64,000 nucleotides of DNA, taken from Ramazzottius varieornatus. Its lineage: Eukaryota > Animalia > Tardigrada. The notes beneath the pieces are model-generated. The model made no database searches. It was not told the origin of the DNA and was given only the letters and a program-made list of their open reading frames with translations. The stretch covers positions 102,979 through 166,978 of the forward strand of contig BDGG01000006.1 of NCBI GenBank assembly GCA_001949185.1. The letters run 5' to 3'. Positions 12,278 to 25,857 of this stretch are shown here, piece after piece. Position numbers and translations under genes: made by a program. Every line of letters starts with the position of its first letter. Position 1 is the first letter of the stretch.

Positions 12278-15200
12278 TCTTTATCGTTCTCGCTGTTGGA
12301 AGACCTACAAAAGTCAATTTGGACTTCACTCGCTGCATCAATGTCGTTTAGAAAATCGAAATTGGCACGATGCAGCAGGCTTCTAATCTTATACAGTGTT
12401 CGAACTGAAATTCTTTTTGTCGACAGCTGTACGTTAGACTAACTGCTCCGCTTTTCATATCGAAATTATTATCTTCACTGACCATGTTATTGCTAGAACA
12501 CTTTACTTTAGTCTGTATCGTAGAGAGGAAAAAGCACGACGTTTCTCGCGTTCTGTATTGTACCTTCAAGCAAAACGCATTTCCGGTCGGAAAAACTAAA
12601 CGATCGTTGCTAGACCGTAGAAGGGGTGTCAAATACCGGTATTGTTTAGTGTATGGTTCGCCTTGCCTAGCATTGTCATGTAAATCGATTAATTCTATGA
12701 TTTCCAACGAGAATTCCCGCGCTGGGTTGTTCCAGATTTTTCTGTCGAAAACTAGACGATGATTGTACGTGTAAGCCGAAGAGGAAGACTGGGCGATATA
12801 CGGCTGCTCTACTTGGCAAAACTTGGACAAGAAGGTAAGCTGGTGTCTGCATACAGTCCGCTCCGTTGATTGGCTTCATCCATGCCAAAAGAAGGTTCAA
12901 AGCTACTTAGTAGCAACGATGACAACAGTCAGTAACTTTCTCGACTGCTATCGTATTGATATAGGCGAGGTCTCGAATCGCAGCCATGAAAAGAGAACCG
13001 AGTTACCCAGCTTACCTGTTGCACAAGTAGCAGAAATATTAAAAGTTGTTTGAAAAGGCAGTCCGAAAGTAACAGTATTACAAAAGTTGACGAACGGAAG
13101 GGCTGCGCGCTGAGATCACAGCGATTAACATCAAACGTGGGTAGATGGGCAGTTTCAAGATCGATGGCGGTAATTATTATTTGTAAAATAGTTTACACAA
13201 GCCGACAATATCGTTCGTCCTTAAAGATGATGTCTGCCTTCACCCTACGCAAACCTGGCGGAGCTGGCGCTGCTTGGTAGCAGATAGCTACTGTGGATTT
13301 CCGTGGTCTGCCACACAGGACGCGCTTTTCCCTTGCCATTGATGAGTAACTAACTTTGTCATTCGTAACAGCCTACGTCCTGTGTGGATCCAACTGTTTA
13401 GAACAATTCGGCTGCGAGGAGCATTTGCTAAGAATACACAGTAGACATGACGTCGCTTCTTTCTCCAGTTACACTCTGATGCAGTAGCTAGCCTTCCATA
13501 ACCTCTTTTTAGAGCCACTACCAACCACAGAAGATGCGTTTTTTGCCACTGGCATAATTACGTTCTCAACTCATTAGGACAGTAATCTTTCCGGTTTGGG
13601 CTCAGCTTTCGAACGTGGAACTGCCGGGTTGTCAAAAGACGGTATGTTGAGTTCCGTGATGTGCATGTGCACATCCTTGGTCTTTATGTGTGCGCGTCAC
13701 TGCGGCATGATCGTCAGGTTTCGAAATCGTACAGATGGTTCGCTGTGATGATGGACCATTTGATCATCAGCGAAGATCACGTAATAAGCGAAGAGTGAGG
13801 CCCTGCATCGAGGAGAGACTAATTGACGCATCTGTCTAAAAGCTATTTTTTGTTGGCAAGCCAGCGTCGCCACTAGCTTATCCACATAAATAATGCTGCG
13901 CAAACTGTCTCATCTTCGTTTGTTTGTCCACTGACTTGTCGCCTTCACCGAAAATAAAGCGTCGAAAACTCTGCGCTTGGCATTTCTTTTCCTGCAAAGC
14001 AAAGCCTAGCTGCTTGTACCATAATATCTTGTCGTTGTAGATTTCGCATTGAAGAACCGTTTCCTTGCGGACTTCAAGGTCGCGGTTTCGTTCAAGAAAA
14101 CCCCTGCTGCTTACCCTCGAGCTCTGTGCACTGGGGAAGCAGTATGAATATGTAGCGTGGTTACCTGTTGGGTCGCTGATAATCGGTTGGCTTCGAGAGG
14201 ACGAAATTTCGAAATCCGACAATATTCCGAATTCGAGTACTGTATGTCACTTGCTGTCAAAAGAGCTTGCTGTACGTTTGTCTAGGCTTCGATGTAGAGG
14301 CAGACAGAACTTCGATGGCAAGCCAATATGCTATACGAATAATCCAATCAGTCACAACCGACACTTTCCACAAGACTTGTCGCCAGAAGAAAAGATGAAA
14401 TCCAGCAAATCAGTCAGAATTTGGTGGAAAATTGAGTAATCGAAAGATGGGTGGCGCGAAGACCGCTCGTTTCAAAGAAAATCAGGGGTGCTGCGTCACA
14501 CTGATTTTGCAGTTATTAGAAAATAATGTCGGCAGAGGTTCTCCGGAGCATGAAGTTCCCAAAGCTAGACATACACCATGGCCTCAATGCGAAGAGCATG
14601 GCAGTAAAGGATGCGTTTTATGCGGTTCAAAATAGTGCGTCAGAATGTTAGCGCATAACTTGAACGCAATTCGAGTCAAGTCGAAGGCAACTACAGAATG
14701 CAACAGCCTATACGGGCGACCTAGTAGAAGACTACCTCTATTCATCGATGCACTAGCTGTTGAAAATCATAACCACACTCTCGAGCACTACGATCAGGAC
14801 TGCGCTATGACGGGCACGCCCACTAGTCAAACAGGTATCGCAATGATTTTGTACCTGCTTTAGGTGAGCGAGTTCAATATCCTCTGTAGTGGTCGCCGAG
14901 TCTTTCCGCTGACTAGCTTTCGTCGATAAACGGCCTTGCTATGATCTTTCAATGCCGGCTGCACTCGCAACACGACTGACCTCCCTACCTTACATTTGAA
15001 AGGCTAGAATCCATGAACGCCATTGCCGGACTCAGCACAGCGCCTAGCTATCGATTGTGAGTTGGCTTACCTGCGGTGCGAAATAGCGAATGTAAGCCAC
15101 GCGGTTCACCCCTTCAACTGGCTCATATCTTACGCTGTTGTGAAGGCATACTGTACAACCGTTATCTGCATCACGGGGTGGCGGTGCGTGACCACCGACT

Positions 15201-15527
15201 GCATTGTACAGGTGTGGTTCAAGCAATTATGAATGGGCAAACAGTGTTTAGTCGAGTAAGATCTCTTGCTGTACATGTTTGGCTTGTGCGGAGCAACTGA
15301 AAGCGCCGTCCATACGGCGCTTTTCAAGGTGTCGCCCACGGGGGAACACTATAAGACAATGTTCAGGGTTTCGGATGGGGCACCGCGCTCCATTGTAAGT
15401 TCTCTACGTCCGAAATGTCCGGGAAGGTGTGGATTACGAGAACGATGTAACAGGAACCTTCCAAAAGTTGCTTTTGACTGAAGATTGTTGTCTCCAGTTG
15501 AACCGTATGGTCCAACTCGAGCCTTCT

Positions 15528-15554
15528 GCATGTGGCGCCACTGGCGCCACATGC
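15528..15554. repeat. Perfect 27-bp palindrome GCATGTGGCGCCA-C-TGGCGCCACATGC
   Basis: 13-bp arms with a 1-nt spacer, read directly from the sequence. Confidence 0.85.
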
Positions 15555-16004
15555 GACATGGACCAGTGGTGCTGCATGGTGATTACGCTGGTGACGCCTT
15601 CCTCTAGTAAAAAAATCTGTGTTGGGTTCCTTGCTATTCTGTGGACCATGCATGAATTTTCTGGCAGGATCTTCGTGAAAACAGGAAGGCAGTTTTGTTA
15701 CTTCGGCAAACTTACACTTTCAATCAGACTCGCTTCTTGTAGGAAGCGACACCGACACCAATCAGACATGGACAAACTTCAATGGTATTGGTCTAATGAA
15801 CAACCACAGGGCAAAAGTAGAAACAAATTATGGGCTGATTACAAAAAGTAACGATTGGCACTTTGAGTTCAAATGACGTGAATATCCGTATGTTTGGCCA
15901 AGCGACGATCGCCTATCCGCCTGCTCGATAGAAAAGCAGCCTGTTTCAGGAGAAGCACAATCCGCTGACGTCTTTGCAGCGTCGAAAATGCAGTGGAGCA
16001 TATC

Positions 16005-17394
16005 TCACATATGGCGAGTGTTGCCAAAATTCTGACCGGCCTGATTGGCGCCTGTAACGTAGACAAATTTTGAAGACACGCTAGGCGTCAAGAGCTGGGC
16101 TGTTTATTTATAAGAGTTCATCCTAGTTGCGTCGGGGTAGAACCGCTCGATTACGAAGGTATGAGCAGTCCGACGCGCACTGAGTTTTTCCCTATGTGAT
16201 ACGGTATTAGGGAAATGTTCTGATACTTGCCTTTATTGGTGCCCATTTGTAAATGAATGATGCCTTCGCCAGCGCGCATCTGTTCTTCCGTGAATTCCCG
16301 TTTCGACTGTATAAACAACAAACTTAGTAGTTTAACATACTATATATAGACTATTATGAACTCAAAGTAGGAAGTACTAGCCCGGCTAGATTAGAATTTA
16401 TTCAGAGACCAGCACTCGTCGTGTCCCCATGAGATCCTATTTACCTCCTCCGAAACCCGCGGGCCAAATGCCGGCAGATGAGGATGTGTCTTTTGCAGCT
16501 GCAGAAAAATGAACAATTTGCGAACAAAGACCGTGCATATGGTCCGTCGGAAATATATCTCCTTTATGACTGGAAACGAGTTGATCAACATAAGTGAATA
16601 CATACAACGCTGCCAAGGGAGCTGAGGCAGTTGGTCACTTGCGAAAGATTGCGTCGTTCCCACAGATCGACCGTCTGGAAAACGTCGGTCTCACGAACTC
16701 CCAACTTCTTGCACGCGTCTTGGAAGGCGGCGATATTTTCCATCAGCTTGAACTGCCCTGGTCCGCTGTTGATGCGGGGAATCAATCCTGGATTGATCTT
16801 TTGAGCAAACCTGTCAACGAGGATTGGTGTACTCTTCCCCAAAAGGAACACGTCAGGCTGGAATTAAGGGTTAGGCTGTGAGAATGCCGTATAAACTGGA
16901 AGCGGAACCGACCTGCACAGTACTTGTCCATCCCGAAGGATATCCTCATAAGCGCCTCCTGGTGGTCGTTCGCCCAGAATGGAGTAGATCCACTGTAGAG
17001 CTGCCTGCTCCTGGTCTGGATCCCGTTTTCCTTGTAGCTATAATCGCCCATATAGTGAATAATCACATAGCTGTCTTTTCACTAGTCGTTTTTGCAGATA
17101 CTTGACAAGACAAACACCGGGCGCTGATGAAGACAGCCCACACATCCATCTAGGGTTCGCCAATATGGTTTCCGCTTTCTTGCAGAAACGCTTACGGAAA
17201 GTCTTTCGGGGATTTGCGTACGGTGTAAGGAAGGAAAATAAATTTTGAAAATGTTCAAATGTCAAAATGGAATGGCACGCATGAACAGTCAAAATGGTCG
17301 TTCACGGTTGAGGTACAAGAAATCAATGCAGATGCCGTCTTACCTTGCGGGAAACAGCAGCGCTCAGGCCGTAAGATGGTCCGGTGTTGGACAT
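16005..17394 (-). CDS. Myophilin / muscle-specific protein 20-like calponin-transgelin family protein (CH domain plus calponin repeat)
   Basis: Six exons: MSNTGPSYGLSAAVSRK | LQGKRDPDQEQAALQWI...YEDILRDGQVLCR | ...QFKLMENIAAF...DVFQTVDLWE | ...FGPRVSEE | SKREFTEEQMRAGEGIIHLQMGTNKG | ANQAGQNFGNTRHM*. The last intron needs a GC donor. Confidence 0.92.
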
Positions 17395-19344
17395 TGTGAC
17401 GTGTACGATGGAAAACAGGAAGGCGACGAGGATACGACACAATAATGAAGCGTTAGATGGAAGGATAGTATGTCAAAGGCACCTTCCAAGTTGGTTATGA
17501 TCGTCAAAGGATACTGCAGTTGGGCCTCGCTGTTCGTGCTGGGAAAACATTCGTCGTCAACAGCCGAAGCTTTAGCCGGCTAAAAATGGCTCGGTACACT
17601 GTCTGCCAGCTTCGACAGCAAACTTCAAGAAGGGACGCCCACGTCTTTCACTGTACTCCGTACAAGTTGACGAGGCACCGGCAAAAATCTTGGTCGAAAC
17701 TAGAAAGCCTCCTTGTCTTCCGTTGTAGTCGAGAAGTTTTATAGACTTGCCCGATGAAACTCTGATTTAGAAGCGTGATTCACTCGTCCCAGCCGTCATA
17801 CGTACTGGCCAAGATTTGCTAAATTATTCATCACCCAGAAGCTCGGCTGATCGCCGTACAGTAATCCGCAAATGTTTACGCAGCCAGATTACTGGTTCAA
17901 ACCCGAATTTGCTGTTTACCAAAAAAAATATTGACACATTCGTTTTTCTCTTTTTGAGAGCTACTCTTTCAGGCACAGACAGGTGGAATGATCGAGTTTG
18001 ATCGGTATACATTACTATTTTTCGGTTTACGGTAACACTTGACTCTTTGATACCGCTCTTTGACCTTTTGGTGCATGGACAGGTGCTCTTGTTGTTGAAA
18101 GTAGCGATCTGTACGTTTTGTGGCTATTTTGCCCAATCTAAATTATTGCAAATTAGGATATAACATCATGTAATGGATTTGAACCAATAAGCAAGACAAT
18201 CAAGATGAGTACTTCAGCGTACGTGATGCTGGGCAGGATAATTTGCGGTTGGTGTACAGTGTGTACAGCACGATATCCCAATTTGGGCATGCTAACTCAG
18301 CAGCATCTCATGTACCATCTGTCGCGTGGCTCTCACTTCGCACATGGAGACGCCTATCATATCTTCTGCCGTTATATTTTCTAGACGTGCTCGGTCTGCC
18401 GTTAAGGATGGCACCCTGTTCGAATGTCGCACACATCTTACAAATATATACATCCGGGCAAATGCGGATGGAGAGATCGATAAGCGCGCTGCGGTATCCT
18501 GTTTGGAAATTAGCCTGACGCTTGTGGTCAAAGAACATAGACAAACTACCTGTACGTTTCCGTCCGTCAGCTCAGAACGCAAATAGCCTAAAAAGACGAG
18601 TATTTGAGCTGTCACTTACTAACGAGCCACAATACGTATTCTGTAAGCTCGTGGCGCCCCCACAGGGACTCTATCCAGTATCTACTGCACATTCAACACT
18701 GCCAGGCAAGATTTTCAACGGCGAGTCATAGGAAGCGTCAGGGGAAACGCGGAACTGCCTCTGATGATTCTAGTGTCGGTAAAACCCTCCGCTTTTATCG
18801 ACGACGTAAAAGTCCGAACGAATATTACAAAGAAGGCAAGAAACATGGTGGCCGCAAGCCCAAAGATAAACAAGAAACACCACAACAGAAGAAAACAAAC
18901 TGTGTATATGTCAAACTAGAAAAAAGAACTTTCCAAACACAACAAGAATATGATTCCAGTGGAAAAATCTTGACCAAAAATCGCTGTCAACTTCAAGTGC
19001 TGTAGATGGACAAGGCAGTGAGTGATGTTGGTCCAATGAGAATATCCAAAAGGGTCATGGATGCTTGCCGGACGGAAGGTGGACGGCGTGTGGAAAGTTA
19101 TAATCTGGAAACGATGAGTTGTAGGAAGGAGTCATGGAAGGAATAAACTTACGAAGGGCAAAAGTCTGCTATGGATATAATCTGTGCTGTCGAGGAAGGT
19201 TCTCTCCGTCAGGACTTTATGCGGGGTCCATGGAGAGCAGTCAGATGAGCTCTGAAAAGAAGGGAGGGTTATTGTAGCCTTGCGGAATTGAGACTTGAAG
19301 CAGTGGAGAACCTTTAGCAGGTAGAAGTTGGCAAAGAGCGGGCT

Positions 19345-21460
19345 TTATTCGGCTTTGACAGGCCACAAGTCTGAAGAAGCCGCCAGGAATACCTGGAACT
19401 AGAGATGAAGAGGGAGGTGAGGGAGAAGGGCAGAAGAAATAAGACGCAATAAATAAAGGAGGTGGCGTACCTCTTCTTCGGTCTTTGGGATATCAAAGAT
19501 TTCGGCAAAGAGGGGAGGGAGAGTGGTGAGGTACTTGGACTGTAGCCTATACCAGTGCAGCTTGTCGTTGTGACGGGCGTTGAGAGCGCGTAGTTCGGGC
19601 AGCAGCCCCATCACCGACTGAAAGATGTATGGGTCGTTATTGCGCGGCCTGGTCAGCTGCATCTTTAGAGCTTCCTTGATACGCTCGTAGGACTGCTCCA
19701 CCGACTTGATGTCTTGTAGGTGAGCCCGACCTATACAACGTGCCACACAAGACATTCTCTTCTTCTACAATAGAGGCAGACATTTGCTAATGGTAGATAT
19801 TACTTGGTGTGTAAAGTAGCAGAGCCGACAAAAGTCCAATGTCGGCGTCGTTCAAATTCAGCGATTGCACATCGGCTGCAAACTTGAAGATGCCAGCCGC
19901 CATATCATTCTATAAGAGGAGGCGCTGTCAGATGATGACCGTAACTTATATGATGGGTGCTTGTCACCTCCAGTATGAGATCGAGCTGTTGTTTGGTGAC
20001 GTAGCTGCCATCGTTGAAGGTCAGCTGGTGATGATCGGCCATCTTGGAGATGTGCAGAAGCCATATCTCGAAGAAGGCGCCCTTGATCAGTAGCAGTTGG
20101 TCGTCTTGGGAGAGATGACAGAAGCTGGGAGCTCGCTTGGCGAACTCGACGGTGCGCTGGATGGCTGGGTTAATCAAGTTGGCCAGGTTCTGCCACATGA
20201 TCATCTTCTGCATGTGCATGCTGTCCGGACTGCTGCTTGCCTTTGGCAGATGGTGGCTGCTCAGCGAGGAAGCAGTGTTGAGGTCGACAGTCTATAAGAA
20301 AGGTGGCTATGAGGAGTGAGGCCGTAAGCTGAAGACATCAAGTATATAGTCTTACCAGTATGGCCGGATGACGATTCAAGTGGCGTATCTTCTCATCGGT
20401 ATAGAAGCAGTTACTGTTATGGGCTTGAGTAACGGTCAGGATGATGTCGTAGATGGCCAGGTGTTGTTCGCTGTCGACATCCAGGACGGTCCCTCCGCCG
20501 CTGTCATCCAGGCTGCCGTTGGCCGATGAGAAATTGGGCTGAGAGTGGGAATCGGGCGAGGCGCTCTTGACAGACTGTCCCAGGGAAAAGACACTGTCCG
20601 AGTTCAGCTGGGAAGCAGCAGATGGCAACTTGTCCGGCAGTCGGGGACGCTTCGGTACTCGGCCATATCGAACCGCTAGACATATAAGTCAACTCTTTGT
20701 CATTTGTACCTTGGTCCCTTAGACTCATTACTTACAGTCACGAGACATGCCCACCGCCATGCACTTTTTGAAACGGCAATACTGGCAGCGATTGCGATTG
20801 AGGCGTAGAACCAGGCATTTGCCGTCCCTTAGACATCGATATTCAATCTGCTTCTGGATGGAACGTCGGAAGAAGCCCTAGGCACAGAAGACAAAGTCTT
20901 GGTCAGCCTTGGCGCTGCTATGTATGCCTACCACGTCTGCTCTATACCTTGCAGCCTTCACAGCTGGTGACGCCGTAATGGTAGCCCGAAGCCTTATCAC
21001 CGCAGACTTTACAAGGAACAAAGGCTTTGCTAGGAGTGGAGGAGTTGGAATCGGCTGCAGCTTGAACGTTGCCATCTAAGAGATGATAAAGGTCTTACAG
21101 CAATCAACTAAACGCCAAGGGAGGTGCGGGCCACATACCGCCGTCCTTGCTGTCGCAGATATCGGAGGTGGTGGTGCTGGCTTCCAGCTGCTGTAGTGCA
21201 TTGAGCTTGTGCTGGTCGGTGGGGGAGTGGAGGTCGCAACAGTCCAGCAGGACTTTACAGCAAGTGCCACCCGGCCAGGTTGTCGAGTCGCCAGCACGCT
21301 GAAGAGGAACTTGGCTCTCTCCTTGACCATCCACCTTCAGCGGGCCGTCACTGCCAGTACTGACCGTCTCTCCTGCCCCACCAACAGTCCCATCACTGCT
21401 GTCAGCTGCTCGGTACAGCGACGTCGACGTCGACATAACATCTTTGCCCTTGCGGTACAT
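19345..21460 (-). CDS. Eip78C: Ecdysone-induced nuclear receptor E78 (NR1E)
   Basis: [64 protein letters not shown]...[35 protein letters not shown] and C-terminal [13 protein letters not shown] match E78. The frame is open upstream of ATG 21460, so a further 5' exon is possible. The stop is at 19345 if the last intron is spliced, 19399 if not. Confidence 0.9.
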
Positions 21461-21806
21461 TGACTTATATTCTTCCTCTCCAGCCCCCTGCCTCCTGCCA
21501 CTGGCGCCACCTGTAAGAGGAAGACTTTAATCAAGCAGCTGATAGTCCCTCAAACTTGTCTAATTGGCGCTGCACTAACAGTTATATTACAAACTTCAAT
21601 ATTCAACATTTGAGCCTTGCTGTCCCCGTCGACCGCCATTGAAAGTGGCAACTTGCCACAAACTGCCCAACCCAAGATGGATGTACAAGCAGGATGGCAT
21701 ATCTTCATGTCATAGCACCATCTATCCCTGCTTTTTCTCTCTTCATTTGCAAAAGAGTTACCTTAGTGAGGGCTGTAAGAAAAGAGGGGTGGAAACAGCT
21801 GAGGCG

Positions 21807-21880
21807 GTGTCAATGATCGCTTCCGTCTTCCTTAACTGGTCATTGACCACTACCATAGCTTTCTCTGACGTCATTGACGA
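21807..21880. promoter_or_regulatory. Cluster of three IR1 (ecdysone-response-element-like) palindromes upstream of the E78 CDS
   Basis: GTGTCA-A-TGATCG (21807-21819), TGGTCA-T-TGACCA (21837-21849) and ACGTCA-T-TGACGA (21868-21880). The EcR/USP consensus is RGKTCA-N-TGAMCY. Confidence 0.5.
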
Positions 21881-23173
21881 GGTATGCGTCAATTTAATAG
21901 AGGTGAAAAACTCCCTTCCGCTATAATTATCGTAAGAAAGTCACGGGGCAAACTTTCAAGAGTCTTCAGTGGCTGTTAGTTTCATGATGGACACCTATCG
22001 TCCAACAGCTCAGTAAGGTTGCCAACGACTTGATTGGTCACTTGAAGTGCTGATATTCTTTCAACTAGTGACTGGTCAACTTCATTGTGCTTGAGGTCGT
22101 TGTCCTCTTGGTCTACATGACTTGATTGCGCTAATTTATGGCGACGAAGAATGGCCATAGAATGCAGCGGCAGAAGGTGCGCATATGTCTCTGCCTTTCT
22201 TTCCTCTTCCCTACCACCATACAGCAGCAAAAGACAATGCAGCAGCAGCAGAAGACTTGGGGCCCCAATGGAGCCACCGACAATATCTGCCCCAAAGATA
22301 ACAAAACTTCATCCAGCAAACAAAACCGCTCAAACCTACCATCTTCTAAGCCAATGTCCCTGCCAAGAAGAAAGAGGATAAAATGGGATGAAAGCATGAT
22401 GACCTTTGTGCAGCTAAATGGGATAAAATGGGAAGGATAATTGCTTACGTTGCAGAGAAGGGAGAGCTTAGGCAACTGCTTAGTCATTGTTGGGAGACGT
22501 CGTTGAAGGTATTACTTAGATGAAGCAATAAGTCTCAAGTTGCCTTAATTGCCATCTCCGTGCATAACTGTGTACTGTCAAGGTGTAGTGAGGAGCCTGC
22601 AGAGGCGTCAATAACCCCACATTGATAGCAGAGGCTTGTACCGTTACGTTCTGACAGAGCGCAGAGAGCTACCGTCAAGAGAAGCAACCTTGACAGTGAC
22701 CACTTCCGCTTTACCTTATTACACCAACAAAGAAGACCTCCCTCACACGCTCTGTAACGACTGACCATACCTAATGCCACAAATAGACAGCCTCAGCTCT
22801 CTTAACTTGCCCTTCTGCAACACTTTTCCCACAGTCAACTTTTCCAATAAGGATAAAGAGCTCTTCGCATATGACAATTTCATCCATTGCGCCTAGCTCA
22901 ACTCCTCAACTTTCTACTGTAGCAGAAACCTAAGGTATCGACAACCTAAAGCATTAGCCTAGGCTGGTTGAACGTACACGCTGCCGCTTCGAACACGCTT
23001 CAATTCTTCATGGTGCAAAGTGGACTTTGTTAATATTCAGCCGAGTCACTTCCCGGTTCTTTGCCGAAAAACAATCTTGATAAACAGGCTACATACGTAC
23101 TTGACTAGAAGCTGCTTTCATCTCTAATAGGGATGATTTTAAGGAAAGATGTTGCGGGTGAGCGATTATCAAG

Positions 23174-23193
23174 CGGTCATTGACCTCACGTGA
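23174..23193. promoter_or_regulatory. Near-consensus IR1 EcRE abutting a CACGTG E-box
   Basis: CGGTCA-T-TGACCT (23174-23186, one mismatch from AGGTCA-N-TGACCT) immediately followed by CACGTG (23187-23192), ~1.7 kb upstream of the E78 ATG. Confidence 0.55.
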
Positions 23194-25857
23194 TGAGCGG
23201 ACAGTAATTCGGCACGGCCTTATGGCCTTCCGCATTGAGCGCACACCGCGCCGTGCCTGCTTTCGCCACTTTTCTACAGTAAGACCAGTCTTGCGTCAGC
23301 CATCCAGATGCACCGTAGAAAAGGGGCCAGAGGTACGCTAGCAAATGCTGCCAAGGCTGCTCAGACTGGTCTTTGCTGCTGGCGACTAGCCATACAGTCT
23401 ATCGATCTATTTCTATTCACTTCCATCATACCGGAAGTTCACTTTGACCAGTGTGATGCAACAAAGTCAATACCAATTGCAAGGCCAAGTTTAAGCAACG
23501 TGCGCAGTCTTGGCAACTGCTGCATAATAAGCGCTTAAAGTCAGTGAGAAGGCTTACCAGTTCTGTTCAAAATGTGACGTGCAAAGTTCCCAACTCACTG
23601 AGCAGACAAGCGGGCATTCCTTGGTGTAATTCCCGAAAATGAGATGGACAACAAGATGAAGCGTAGTGTGTTCTTCCGCCTGCGCTTCATTGGCGGAAAG
23701 TGAGGACAGCGCTTACAAGTACAGAAGGACGGTCGACCATGATCAAGGGCTTTGTTCCAGCACAAACCACAAAGCTGCAGCGGCGCTGGCGCTCTCGTTC
23801 ACGGCAAAGAAAGGCTTGCTGTTCTGTCGATGCTTTAAAATGGCACTGGACAATGGGCTGATGGGAGACGACGGATGCGGAAGAAGCGATGGAGAAGGAA
23901 GTCAGCCAGCGACGTGTGAAGATGAGGGCTGATGATGAGTGATGTATCGTGAGCACGATGGACAGAATGAAGCGCGAGAAGCCAGAAGCCAGAAGAGAGA
24001 ACGATGTTGATATGTCTGGTTTAACGAGGAAACTTTCTTTCGAGCTTTCGGTCTTTAATGGCCTGTACACCACAGCAATGTCTGTCTTTCACTTGCAGCT
24101 TCGAGCTTCGAGCTTCGTAGTTCGGACAAGGCGTACGCATACATGCTGTCGCTTTCTGTTGCCATTCTCACTTTAATTTGGCTGACCAGTGAAACGAGCG
24201 CGCCGACTGAAGCACGGCATAGGCCTTGACCACTATAGGACAATTAGGCGGACATCATACTTCCGACCAGCTGGTCTTGCCCCAAGATGCCTCGCAACCA
24301 CGTGATGATCGATCCGCTTCAGTGAGGGCTGCGAGCATTGACTTGGGCCAACTCTAACCTTACAGTGCCTTCCATCGTCAGGCGTGATGTCATCCTGACA
24401 AAAACGCTTCACTGTCTACTTCGTGACGTCGCCGGTCAACTCTTACCTATACCACATGCAAGTCTCCTTCTGCTAAAACCTTCCTCCCTCTTGATGACCC
24501 TCATCAAAGCTTTATTTCTCTTTGACTCCACCATGTCTCTCGGAAGTCAAACCTGCCTAAAGATCACCATATCAGCATGGTTGGAGGATGTTCGCCCACG
24601 GGCCATAAAAGGTTGCAGTCTGCTCTTTCTGTAGGCACTATACTCTGCTTTCCGTCTTGATTGTCAATCTTCTTCCACTAGAAAATCCATATGAGCGCTT
24701 CTGCGTCTCTCCGAAGATCATCGCGCTTCTCAGTACTATGTTGCCTATGGGAACAAAAGATGGAGAAAGGGTCGACGCGGCTGAGGAGCCGAAAGATCGC
24801 TACTATGCCACACAATACGTCATTACAAGTCCATAGGGGCCGATGCAGATGGCGCTGGGCTCGGCGCCTTCAATACTGCATAACAATAACATCATTTTAA
24901 AAATGAATGACTAGTTACGTTGGCCGTCAGCAGAAGTCCAGCTTCACGTCAATTAGCATCCAATATGTCATTGGCGTTTACCAGATTTCCCGGAGCGTGC
25001 TTGGAGGTTTAGGGTTGGCAGGTCTGGGATCATTGGCAGGGAGCAAGTGCGCTGTCACCTTCCTTTAGTTTGGCAGCAAAAGCTTCCCGATGGTTTCAAG
25101 CTACAACCCGATAGTTATCGATTACTTTCCATCAGCCAAACTTGACAGCTGTAGTACTGCTGGGTATGTAGGTCCCCAAAGACCAAAATATACGAGGCAC
25201 AGCAGAGTCAAACTTCCGTCTTATCCTCCTACGCATGCAGTTTCGCTCGTCTGTATGGTGAGGGTACTTGTTTCTTTTCTTCAAGAACATGATCTCGTTT
25301 CCTATGTCAATAAATCCTTTCATTCCATCTCGCCGATTCCGCATCAACTGCTTTTTGCCAAGACCTTGACATACCACAGTGTCCTTCGCCTCGAACCCCC
25401 CTTTTATCCAGAGTACGATCGCCATCCAGCCTTCTTCCATTCAAGTCTCAGACCAGCAACTGACGACCAAAATGGTGCTCTCCGTCTTTAACACAACTTG
25501 ATTCCCTTTCTCTTTATTGCATAAAAGCAGCCATTCCTCATTGCTTGAATTTCTCCTGCCAGCAAGATGCCCGAAGAACTGGACCGTACCGTCTCTTGTA
25601 AGTTTTCATCTGTATCTACCTGTACACGTCTACAGTTCTCCAAATGATCGTGGCTCAACTACCCGCTCAGTTTCTGACGTGAAATACAGGTCAACTATAT
25701 TATCTTTCTGAATGTGATTTCCAGTGAATGGACAGCTGTGAACATTGTTTCCTTCTTATTGGAAAGTAATTCTGGTTAAGAGCAGAAAGAAAGCTGCAGT
25801 GGCATGTGGTTTTTGATTACTGGCTGACTTTTTCCCCGGTATGTAGATGGCAGCACC

